Below, piece after piece: positions 28,275 to 37,366 of a DNA stretch of 64,000 bases. Under the pieces are notes generated by a model that was given only the letters and a program-made list of their open reading frames with translations, searched no databases and was not told the DNA's origin. The stretch is from Candidatus Kapaibacterium sp. GTDB lineage: Bacteria; Bacteroidota; Ignavibacteria; Kapaibacteriales; UBA2268. The first letter of the stretch is position 1, and each line of letters begins with the position of its first letter. Location: NCBI GenBank assembly GCA_963665665.1, contig OY762428.1, positions 1,696,001 to 1,760,000 of the forward strand, given 5' to 3'. A program made the position numbers and the translations under genes.

Positions 28275-30689
28275 ATGATCAGAAACATTACGAAATGTTT
28301 CATGGTAATCGCGCTTGTAGCTTTCTTGGCAGGCAGCGCTTACGCCCAGACAAAAAGGGTTCTTTTGGAACAATATACAGGCGCATGGTGCGGCTGGTGC
28401 GTTGACGGTACAGTTGTTATGGATAAACTTATTGAAGCAAATCCCGAAACACTGATTGGTGTTAAACTCCACAATGGCGATGCCATGGAAATTGCTGTTG
28501 GCAATGCTGTTATGAGTGGCCTTGGTGTTGGTGGCTTCCCGTCAGGTTCTGTTGACAGGGCTGCATTTAATGTTGGCGACGAAGTTCAGATAGCAATAGG
28601 CAGAGGTTCCTGGGAACAGGCAGTTAACTATATGCTTCAGCAGGCACCAAAAGCAGAAGTTGTAACATCTTATGATTACAATGAATCTACAAGATCCTTA
28701 ACAGTAAAAGTTGACGTTGAATTTCTTGCGAATGTTGACGCTGAAACAAGGCTGAACGTTTATCTTTGCGAAGACGACGTAACAGGTACAGGTTCCGGTT
28801 ATGACCAGAAAAATTATCTCTCAAACCGCGCCGGTTTTGAAGATAATCCTTACTACAACGAACCAAGCACAATCACAGGCTACCACCACATGAAAGTTGT
28901 TCGCGACATTCTTGGCGGCGCTTTTGGTGCTGAAGGTTCCGTTTCTGGCAATGCAACTGCAGGCAGCAAATACTCATATACTTTCCAGACTACTGTTGAT
29001 GCAAACTGGAACTGGGATAATATGTTCATCGTTGGTACAGTTGCAGAATATTCACAGAGTTCACGTCTTATTCTTAACTCTTCTTATGCTGTTAAAAACA
29101 CACCGACACTTGAATATTCATCAACAGGTGAATCATTATTTGTTAAGAATAGCGGTGAGAAAGCTGAAAACACAATTACTATCAAAAACGTAAGTAACAA
29201 ATCCTATAATATCACTGCCGAAACTGCAAAAGTTGACGGAACTCCCGCTGGCTGGACTGTAGAACTAATGGGAGATGCTCAATTTTCATTAGCTGCCGGC
29301 GAATCAAAAGATATTACTTATTCTTTAACTCCAACAGATGAATATGGCCTTGGAGCAGCATCAATAGAATTCAATGTAACAAATGATGCTGAAGCAATGG
29401 GTGGTTCCTTCCAGTTTGCAATTCTTTCAAATGAATTCGAAAAATTTGAAGTTGTTGCAGGTTCAACTGCCGAAGCATTCTATCCTGTTCTCCAGTCTCA
29501 GGGACACACAGAATATTATCCTGTTACAAATGCAATCATGTCCATGGCCTTGGATAAACTTACAAACGTGAAATATATCCTTTGGAACTGTGGTGAAGGC
29601 GGCGAAGTTTCAGCTGTTGAAGGCGGGCTTCTCAGAACTGCAATGGCAAATGGCGTTAATGTAATGATATCAGGCCAGTTGGCTCCTTATTTCATCAGTG
29701 CAAATTATCCGGCTCTGTTCAGCTATACAGGCGGCGAATTTGAAGCTGTATGCTTCCAGGGTTACAACAACTCACCAATTGCTTACGTTGGAATTGACGG
29801 CGATCCTATCTCTGACGGTTTCGATCAGGACATTGCACTGAAAGATTATCTTTCAATGGCTATCAGGCCTACAAGCCAGTTCTCTTATACAGTACTGAAA
29901 CACAGAACTGTTGATACAGTTTGTGCTTACCGTACAGAAATTCCGGATGGTGCAAGGATTATCATGATGGGTATCAACCTTGAAACAATTGCAAATGTCG
30001 CTGTCAGGAACGACCTTCTTGACAAAGCTGTTCAGTGGCTTGAAGGCGAGCAGGTTGCAGTTGGGCCGAAAATGGCTCTCAGCGTTGAAGAAATCAACCT
30101 TGGCGAAATTTATTTGAATGAAACAGAAGAAAGTTCATTCGAAATTTCCAACCCTGGTGATGAAACTCTGAATGTTTCAGCTGTTTCCTTTACACAGGAC
30201 TATGGTGCATATGAATTTATTGATCTTCCGACTTTCCCGCTCACAATCGAAGCAGGCGGATCATATACAATTGATTTCTCATTCACACCTGATACTGAAC
30301 AAGAATATAATACAACTATAGAAGTTGAAAATACTAATGCAGCCGAAACAATGAAATCAATCGACGTTATGGCTAATGGTATTGTTAACTCTGTTGATGA
30401 TAACGGCGTTTACGGAAACAAATCAATCTTCACAATGCAGGTTGGCCCGAATCCGTTTGCAGACCATTCAACTGTTACATACAGCCTTAACGGTGTATCT
30501 TCACAGTTCGTTAGCATGAATCTTGTTGATGCAGCTGGTAATATTGTTCTTAATATAGTAAACTCAACTGTAACACCCGGCCAGCACACAGCTCAGATTA
30601 CATCTGACAATCTTGCTTCCGGAACATACTTTGTTGTAGTAAACGTTAACGGATACTCAGAACAGATGCCTGTTGTTATCGTAAAATAA
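28275..30689 (+). CDS. Omp28-related thioredoxin-fold protein with Ig-like (choice-of-anchor D) domain and T9SS CTD
   Basis: Signal peptide; 'VLLEQYTGAWCGWC'; 'YHHMKVVRD'; C-terminal 'GPNPF...LASGTYFVVV...VVIVK'. Confidence 0.88.
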   Translation: MIRNITKCFMVIALVAFLAGSAYAQTKRVLLEQYTGAWCGWCVDGTVVMDKLIEANPETLIGVKLHNGDAMEIAVGNAVMSGLGVGGFPSGSVDRAAFNVGDEVQIAIGRGSWEQAVNYMLQQAPKAEVVTSYDYNESTRSLTVKVDVEFLANVDAETRLNVYLCEDDVTGTGSGYDQKNYLSNRAGFEDNPYYNEPSTITGYHHMKVVRDILGGAFGAEGSVSGNATAGSKYSYTFQTTVDANWNWDNMFIVGTVAEYSQSSRLILNSSYAVKNTPTLEYSSTGESLFVKNSGEKAENTITIKNVSNKSYNITAETAKVDGTPAGWTVELMGDAQFSLAAGESKDITYSLTPTDEYGLGAASIEFNVTNDAEAMGGSFQFAILSNEFEKFEVVAGSTAEAFYPVLQSQGHTEYYPVTNAIMSMALDKLTNVKYILWNCGEGGEVSAVEGGLLRTAMANGVNVMISGQLAPYFISANYPALFSYTGGEFEAVCFQGYNNSPIAYVGIDGDPISDGFDQDIALKDYLSMAIRPTSQFSYTVLKHRTVDTVCAYRTEIPDGARIIMMGINLETIANVAVRNDLLDKAVQWLEGEQVAVGPKMALSVEEINLGEIYLNETEESSFEISNPGDETLNVSAVSFTQDYGAYEFIDLPTFPLTIEAGGSYTIDFSFTPDTEQEYNTTIEVENTNAAETMKSIDVMANGIVNSVDDNGVYGNKSIFTMQVGPNPFADHSTVTYSLNGVSSQFVSMNLVDAAGNIVLNIVNSTVTPGQHTAQITSDNLASGTYFVVVNVNGYSEQMPVVIVK

Positions 30690-30713
30690 TTTTACGATAG
30701 AAATATTTTACTC

Positions 30714-30742
30714 AAACCCGCCAATTTTGGCGGGTTTTTTTT
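30714..30742 (+). terminator. Intrinsic terminator
   Basis: AAACCCGCCAA-TT-TTGGCGGGTTT plus T run. Confidence 0.8.
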
Positions 30743-30827
30743 GTTATTAATGTAATATGGAAATTCTGAACTCCCGATTCCACGAAAAATATTAAATCGC
30801 CTTTATTGATTATTCCAATACTGTTTC

Positions 30828-31100
30828 CGACCCCTCCCAACGGGATGTCTCATAAGCTGACAAATTTGTCACTCTGAGCGCAGCGAAGAGACCATAACCT
30901 GCATTTATACTGGATTCTTCACTTCGTTCAGCCTGCCCTCGATTTATCGGGGAATTACAAATCGCATCAATTCATAATAAAATGACAGCCTTATTTACAG
31001 TCAGCCCCTCCTTCGTATTCCGACAGCCTAAGACAGCGCGGGTTTGGGGAGGTCAAATATTATAATAATACTCCACGACTTAAAAGTCGTGGCTATTCGG
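30828..31100. repeat. Mosaic of REP-like palindromes
   Basis: GTCACTCTGAGCGCAGCGAAGAGA...GGATTCTTCACTTCGTTCAG, CCCTCGATTTATCGGGG, CCACGACTTAAAAGTCGTGG. Confidence 0.65.
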
Positions 31101-31126
31101 ATGTTGATTCAGTAAAATACTTGCCA

Positions 31127-32470
31127 TTAATTATACTTCTTTACAAAACCATTCACGTCAAACTTTCTTTTTGCGCCATTGTAGTTCATGTACCTGACCT
31201 TGCCGAAAACGGGCCTTTCCTGCCATGCCCTGTCGTGTACGCCGCCTATGCTCCAGGCAATCCCGGCATATCCGTTGGGGTCGCGTCCGTCAAGCTGGTA
31301 GCCGTCGTTCAGGCGGATGGCATAATCCATAGCCTGCTCAGGGGATTCCGTCCATTCCAGTATCTTCTTTGCCCAGTACATACGCAGCCAGCCGTGCATC
31401 CGGCCTTCGCGCAACATCTGTTTCTGTGCGGCGTTCCACAAGCCGTCGTGCGTTCGCGCATTTTCCATTATGTCGATCTTGTACAAATATTCCCTGCTGT
31501 CGTCTCTGTGTTCGCTCAGGGTTTTCTTTGCCCAGTCATGGAAACCATTGAAATTATCATAATCCGGGTTGTAGAAACAGAAGTTATCGGCAAGTTCCTT
31601 TCGGACTATCAATTCTTCGAGAAAGGCTTTCCTGTTTTCGTCTTCGGGATAGTTCTTCATCAGCTCCAAGGCAATTCGGAGCGATGAAATCTGGCCGAAA
31701 TGCAGGTATGCCGACAGGCCGGATACCATATCTTCGTTCGGGTCGTTCCTTTTTTCAGCGTATTGCGGCAATATATTTTCCATGAAGAAATTCAGCCGCT
31801 TATGCGCGGCGTATTCCCCCGGAACAACGCTTTCAACTTCATCAGGGCCGCCCTGGTAATTGTTTATAAGGTCGAGTGGTTCCGTTTCGCCGCCTGGAAA
31901 ATCTGTTTCCATTGCAAAAGGATGTTTTTCCGGCGTTCCCGGTTCTGCCAGGAATTCGGTAAGCTGTTTATGTATCTTCGGCCTGATTGTATAAGCGGCA
32001 AACTCGGTTTTATTGCTTACATGGCGGCATGGAATAACATTATGCGTATCCACCTCGAAGAAGGGAATATTTATCAGCCCGGCTGTTTCTTTGTTCCATT
32101 TGCTTTTTATCTTCAGTGGATCGAAATCTGTTATCAAAGTGCAGGCTTTGATTTCATTAACAAACTCTGCAACTTCAATGCCCGGATTGCCCTGCCTTAT
32201 GACAAATGGAATATTAAGTTCACCAAGACGCTTCTTTATATCCGACAGCCCTCGGAGCATAAACCCGAACTGCCTTTTCCCGGCCCCGTGGAAATTATCA
32301 GCAAGGCAGAAAAGAACAATCAGCGGCCGCTTCATTTCCAATGCTTTTTCCTGTGCGAAAAGCAGCGCATGATTATCGAACACCCGCTGGTCGCGGCTCA
32401 TCCTGTAAATCACCGGGCCGTCGGCGCTTATACCGCTTTTTATTTTATAAATTCGTTCAGGCTGGATCAT
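31127..32470 (-). CDS. phrB: Class II CPD DNA photolyase
   Basis: 'MSRDQRVFDNHAL', 'SGLSAYLHFGQIS', 'MHGWLRMYWAKKILEW', 'DGRDPNGYAGIAWSIGGVHDR'. Confidence 0.95.
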   Translation of the reverse strand: MIQPERIYKIKSGISADGPVIYRMSRDQRVFDNHALLFAQEKALEMKRPLIVLFCLADNFHGAGKRQFGFMLRGLSDIKKRLGELNIPFVIRQGNPGIEVAEFVNEIKACTLITDFDPLKIKSKWNKETAGLINIPFFEVDTHNVIPCRHVSNKTEFAAYTIRPKIHKQLTEFLAEPGTPEKHPFAMETDFPGGETEPLDLINNYQGGPDEVESVVPGEYAAHKRLNFFMENILPQYAEKRNDPNEDMVSGLSAYLHFGQISSLRIALELMKNYPEDENRKAFLEELIVRKELADNFCFYNPDYDNFNGFHDWAKKTLSEHRDDSREYLYKIDIMENARTHDGLWNAAQKQMLREGRMHGWLRMYWAKKILEWTESPEQAMDYAIRLNDGYQLDGRDPNGYAGIAWSIGGVHDRAWQERPVFGKVRYMNYNGAKRKFDVNGFVKKYN

Positions 32471-32508
32471 TTAATTAAATATATTATTCTAAATTTATGT
32501 TTCATATA

Positions 32509-33069
32509 TCACCTCGGCCCAATAAAGCGGTCGCCATTGAAATGGATCAGGTGTTCCGGAAAATCCATAATCCATACCTCCGTATCCCATGCTATCGCGG
32601 AAGTATGTTTTTTAAACTCGGCGAAATCCGGAAAAGCGCTAACGAATATTTTTCCGGCATAGCATTTTTCAAACATCTCATTCAATTCAATTATTCTTTT
32701 TGGTGTTACCGGGCCGTGCGATGTTACCGCTTCAATCAGGAAAAGCCAGTTCCTTTCGGGATCGAATAATATTACATCGGGCAATTTTCCGTGTTCATCT
32801 ATCGGGGCTCCTAATTCTTTCAAGAGTTTCTTATTCATGTACAAATTTTTCTTCTCGGTATCGCCAAGATAGATTAGCCGGGCTCCAACAGCAAAGCGTG
32901 ATGCAAATTCCTCAACTACTGCGGCCTGTACAATATTATGCTTTCCCGGAGATAAATGAAGAGTTCTCCCATTCGACAATTTCACCGGAACTCTTGCCAT
33001 TTCTCTTTCCTGATTATATCTTTTTGAAAGTTCCGAAGGTTTTCCATATTTGTCATAAATTGCATCCAT
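32509..33069 (-). CDS. BsuBI/PstI-family restriction endonuclease C-terminal domain, N-terminally truncated, no cognate methyltransferase
   Basis: 'LSPGKHN...EEFASRF', 'HGKLPDV', 'IEAVTSHGP', 'IAWDTEVW...HLIHFNGDRF'. Confidence 0.85.
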   Translation of the reverse strand: MDAIYDKYGKPSELSKRYNQEREMARVPVKLSNGRTLHLSPGKHNIVQAAVVEEFASRFAVGARLIYLGDTEKKNLYMNKKLLKELGAPIDEHGKLPDVILFDPERNWLFLIEAVTSHGPVTPKRIIELNEMFEKCYAGKIFVSAFPDFAEFKKHTSAIAWDTEVWIMDFPEHLIHFNGDRFIGPR

Positions 33070-33115
33070 TATACAAATATACGATAAATATCATTTTAAA
33101 TTGGTTGTTTTCCAA

Positions 33116-34309
33116 TCACCCCTTCTGTTGCTGTATAAGAGCGCGAATAAATGTTGACTGCATTCGGTGCACCAGCGAGCGCGTCATTTTGTCTACCTTG
33201 CTGATACTTTCGGTTGGGAGCTGAGATTTATATTCCTCGAAAAGCTGCTGTCGTATCATCTCGAATTTTTCTGCGTAGGGTTCCAGCATCTTGTTGTTTC
33301 TGGAATCTGCCCAGGCGTCAAACAGCCGGGCCTCGGCAACAATTATTTCCTCGGCAAGGGGAATATCCATCATCGCTTTTTGTCTTTCCTCATCCAGGAA
33401 GTGCTGCAGGTCGTTGATTGTATAAGCTTTAATATTTTCAGGTAGCCCGGCGGTATCAATATCTCTCGGGACTGCCATATCCACTATCAGGCGCGGGCAG
33501 CGCTCCTGCACGGCAAGCCTGTGAATCATTTCCTTATTAACGATAAAGCCTTTGGCTCCCGTGCTGGCAAACACTGCATTAGAGCTTGCGAGCGCCTTTT
33601 CGATTTCACTCAGGCCCATGGCCTGCCCGCCGTAGGTATGAGCCAACTCCTCGGCTTTGTAAAATGTACGGTTGACGAAAATAAATTTATCAAATCCCGC
33701 TTCGGAAAGAGCCGAAGCCATAATACGGGAGTTTTCGTTCACGCCGACGATGGCTATGGTATCGGTCGGACCGAGATTTTCCGTCATAATTTTTGCAGCC
33801 ACGCCGCCGGCCGATTGACGGCAGGCTCCCATGCAGGTATTACTCCTTACATTCTTTCCGGCGCGGAAAGCCCCGTGAAAAAGCCTGTGAAGTATTCTGT
33901 CGACGGTTTTTGCTGAACATGAAAGGCTGTATGCTTCCTTCACCTGGCCCTGTATCTGGTATTCACCTATAACAAGTGAATCAAGGCCGGAAATCACTCT
34001 GAACAAATGGCGCGTTGCTTCTTTAGCTTCGTGAGTATAGAATTTATCTTCGTCTGAAATCTCAATATCTCTGGAATGAAAGAAACGATTTAAAATATCG
34101 GCAGGTCTGGTTTTAACATCAATAACCATATATAATTCCATACGGTTGCAGGTGGCTACAAGGGCCGCCTCGGTCACTTCTTCATAGGAAGTTATTTCCT
34201 TAAGGGCATCAGGAACTTCCTTCCTGCTTATCTGATATTTTTCCCTTTGTTCCACCGTGGAGGTTTTGTGGTTTATCCCAATCACGGCAAGTTTATCTTT
34301 GTTGGCCAT
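33116..34309 (-). CDS. hemA: Glutamyl-tRNA reductase
   Basis: GINHKT, TCNRMELY, HLFRVISGLDSLVIGEYQIQGQVKEAY, DMAVPRDI; likely start MANKDK. Confidence 0.93.
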   Translation of the reverse strand: MANKDKLAVIGINHKTSTVEQREKYQISRKEVPDALKEITSYEEVTEAALVATCNRMELYMVIDVKTRPADILNRFFHSRDIEISDEDKFYTHEAKEATRHLFRVISGLDSLVIGEYQIQGQVKEAYSLSCSAKTVDRILHRLFHGAFRAGKNVRSNTCMGACRQSAGGVAAKIMTENLGPTDTIAIVGVNENSRIMASALSEAGFDKFIFVNRTFYKAEELAHTYGGQAMGLSEIEKALASSNAVFASTGAKGFIVNKEMIHRLAVQERCPRLIVDMAVPRDIDTAGLPENIKAYTINDLQHFLDEERQKAMMDIPLAEEIIVAEARLFDAWADSRNNKMLEPYAEKFEMIRQQLFEEYKSQLPTESISKVDKMTRSLVHRMQSTFIRALIQQQKG

Positions 34310-34400
34310 TTCTATTTGTCCTGTAAGTCTTTCATATACAAAGCTATTTATCATACCCCCTCTTAATCCCCTCCTTTAAAAGGAGGTGAAAAAGGGGTGG

Positions 34401-36080
34401 TTAATCTTCTACATCCGGTTTCGCAAGAGCGAATTCCATACCGCCGCAAAGATAAACAACTTTTTCGAAACCTGAGTTCTTCAGCAAACGTGCAGCTTCG
34501 TAAGAACGAGGCCCACGCTGGCATATAATATTTATCTGCTCATCTTTCGGCAGTTCTCCAATTCTGCCACGCAATTCTTCTATTTGTATCATCCTGCATT
34601 CTTTTCCAAACGGATAAGCTTCAGCTTCGGCTTTTTCTCTTACGTCAAGGAATATACCGGGTAAATCAGGCATTACATGATAATCAGCTGCAACAATGTC
34701 ATCAACGTCTGTATTTATTATCATAGCGCCAATGTTATTCAACGGGCTCACAGGCGAGGAGTGCGTAGGTGTATAGGCATGTTCGGCATCAATCAGGTCG
34801 TAAGCGTCCGCTTTGTTTTTAAGCATTAAAGTAAACTGATCAATATAGCGTGTCAGTTCGCCGCATCCCGCCAGCTGAAGTCCAAGAAGCTGCAATGTAT
34901 CTTTTTCGTAAACCACTGTTGCATTCAGATTTTTATGTTCGGGATGATATTCCGGCCTGTCGTAGAAATTGGCGTTCATAGCCTCAGCGTTTATTCCAAG
35001 CGCTTTTGCTCCGGCAAGGTTCAGGCCTGTAGCGGCAATTGTTAATCCGAATACTTTCAGTGAAATTGCTCCGGCAGCCCCCTTGAATTGCGATTCCCTG
35101 CCTGCTATATTATTTGCTATCACACGGCCCTGCCTGTTTGCCAGCGAACCAAGCGGCATTATTTCCGCAACGCCGCTCACCAGGTTTGGAACTTCGCAGC
35201 AATCACCACCGGCGTAAATATCAGGATCATTCGTGCGCATAAATTTATCTACGATTATTCCATTCTGTTTTCCTGTTTCTATTCCGCACGCCTTTACCAG
35301 TTCTGTTACAGGTTCCACGCCAGTACATACAAACATATAATCGGCGCTTATTTCTTCTCCGTTTTCAAGTTTTACCACGGGCATATCGTCGTCATTTACA
35401 GCGGCTTTAACAACTTTTGTGGAAGTCATTACCCTTATATCCTCGGCTTCGAGCGCTTTTTCGAGAAATGTGGAAATACCCTTGCTTATGCTGCGGGGAA
35501 GCAGGCTGTCCTGAAGCTCGATAAGGGTGGTTTCAATTCCCCACAGGCTTACCATTGCCTCTGCAAGTTCCACCCCAATGAAGCCCCCGCCGACAATTAT
35601 CGCCGAGCCTACCTGCCCGGTCTGCGCTTTCTGGCGGAATTTCTTTGCATCCAATGGATTATGGAAGGATGATATATTCTCATGTTCCGGACATTCGAAA
35701 GGAGCTTTCAGCGGCCGGGCACCGGTGGAAATAATTAGTTTGTCATATCTTTCTGTTGTTTCTTCGCCGGACTTCAGGCCTTTGATATTTATTGTTCTAT
35801 TTTCCCTGTCGATAGCAGTTACTTCAGTTTCTGTACGTACTTCCACGCCTTTTACATCATTAAAGAATTTAGCATCTCGCACAACTCCCCAGGTAGTTTT
35901 TGCAAGGTCGAAAAAACCGTCAACGTCGCCGGAGGCGAACAACGGCATACCACAAGCCCCGTAGGACACGAAAGGACGTTTTTCAATAATAGTTACACTG
36001 CTTTCCGGCATAAGCCTTTTCAGCCTTGCTGCGGCCTTACATCCTGCTGCCATTCCGCCGATAATAAATATTTTCTCCAT
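34401..36080 (-). CDS. FAD-dependent CoA-disulfide/persulfide reductase with C-terminal rhodanese domain
   Basis: IIGGMAAG, SYGACGMP, VGGGFIGVE, IYAGGDC, rhodanese 'CQRGPRS'; likely start MEKIF. Confidence 0.9.
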   Translation of the reverse strand: MEKIFIIGGMAAGCKAAARLKRLMPESSVTIIEKRPFVSYGACGMPLFASGDVDGFFDLAKTTWGVVRDAKFFNDVKGVEVRTETEVTAIDRENRTINIKGLKSGEETTERYDKLIISTGARPLKAPFECPEHENISSFHNPLDAKKFRQKAQTGQVGSAIIVGGGFIGVELAEAMVSLWGIETTLIELQDSLLPRSISKGISTFLEKALEAEDIRVMTSTKVVKAAVNDDDMPVVKLENGEEISADYMFVCTGVEPVTELVKACGIETGKQNGIIVDKFMRTNDPDIYAGGDCCEVPNLVSGVAEIMPLGSLANRQGRVIANNIAGRESQFKGAAGAISLKVFGLTIAATGLNLAGAKALGINAEAMNANFYDRPEYHPEHKNLNATVVYEKDTLQLLGLQLAGCGELTRYIDQFTLMLKNKADAYDLIDAEHAYTPTHSSPVSPLNNIGAMIINTDVDDIVAADYHVMPDLPGIFLDVREKAEAEAYPFGKECRMIQIEELRGRIGELPKDEQINIICQRGPRSYEAARLLKNSGFEKVVYLCGGMEFALAKPDVED

Positions 36081-36499
36081 TTTCACTGCCTTGTAAATGT
36101 TTAATAATCTATTTGATTTCAGTGTGTTCAAATCGTTATATTTTTAAATTGTCATTATAAATAGTTTAATCTTTGTCATTCTGAACAAAGTGAAGAATCT
36201 AATTCTTTTACTATAGCAGCCAGAATAATAGAATTATTACGCCTTTCGGTAACAGATTTTCAATCAGCCGATACCGGCATCATTTCCAAATTATAATTTA
36301 TAATCTTAAGATCGCTATTAAAAATTTATCTGATTTTTATAATTCAAATGTTGTTAGGTTGTTTCCGGCAGGATGAGTAAATATCTTCTTAATTTGAACG
36401 GCCTAATATACCATTTAAAATACACTTGTTAAAGCAATCTATTGTATAAAAAGAAATTACACTCAGCAAGAATGCTGTCTTTCAGCCAATTCCCTCAGT

Positions 36500-37010
36500 A
36501 AGAATAATAATTATATAACTGATATGATTAAAATAATATAATATCCTATAAATATTTAAGTATGAATTATCAAATATTTAACCTGATTTATAAAATCAAT
36601 GAACCTGATTATAATATTAATAGTATTGTTTAAACTATTAATTATCAATGTAATAATTTATTATATCCAATTTAAAAAATTATTGATATGAATTAGTAAA
36701 TAAAATATCTGTTTTATAATATTTACGATATGAATTATGAAATATCTAATACATCTAATTAAAAAGGCATACTATATAAATTATTATGTATATCATTTAT
36801 TTAATAGGATATATTTAAAATAATATCAGATATAAAAATAATATAATAATATGAGTATTATATTTAATTATTTATATAAAAAGTTTTGTTAGATAAACTA
36901 TATCAACGGTAGAATAAATTTAAAATATTATTATAAATATTGAATATATATGATGTTATGTTTATAATAGATTAATTTGTATTATTAATATTATTATTTT
37001 ATCAATATAT
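36500..37010. other. Second extremely AT-rich non-coding core related to 3945-4435
   Basis: 36869-36906 matches 4301-4338 at 35/38 positions; repeated GATATGAATTA-like motifs. Confidence 0.7.
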
Positions 37011-37366
37011 ATTATCTTTCCGGATAAACTTTCGATATTTGCTGGTATGCCAACGTAGTTCCAGCACTGATATTCAATTTAAGGGATAGTAACAAAGCAG
37101 TGCAGCAGCAGAGAAAGAAAGATTATTTGCATGATATTGATTTTCCGAACCGGATATTCGAGATTTCAGGACAGAGGTTCGATATTCGCAGGCAGGAATG
37201 GTATTGGTTAGAGAATGTTTTGGCTTTTCCGGACCGGATATTTGGTTTTTTGTAGAAAATATTCGGTAAAAAGAAGTGTGTAAAGCATCAAAGCTATGTT
37301 GTTTTTGTTCTCTGATGAAGAATGTCCGGACATTAATATCTGCTTAAAAGCTATACTAATCAAATA

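Noticed and set aside
31700-32662. 320-aa plus-strand ORF
   Set aside because: Antisense shadow of the photolyase gene, no recognisable motifs
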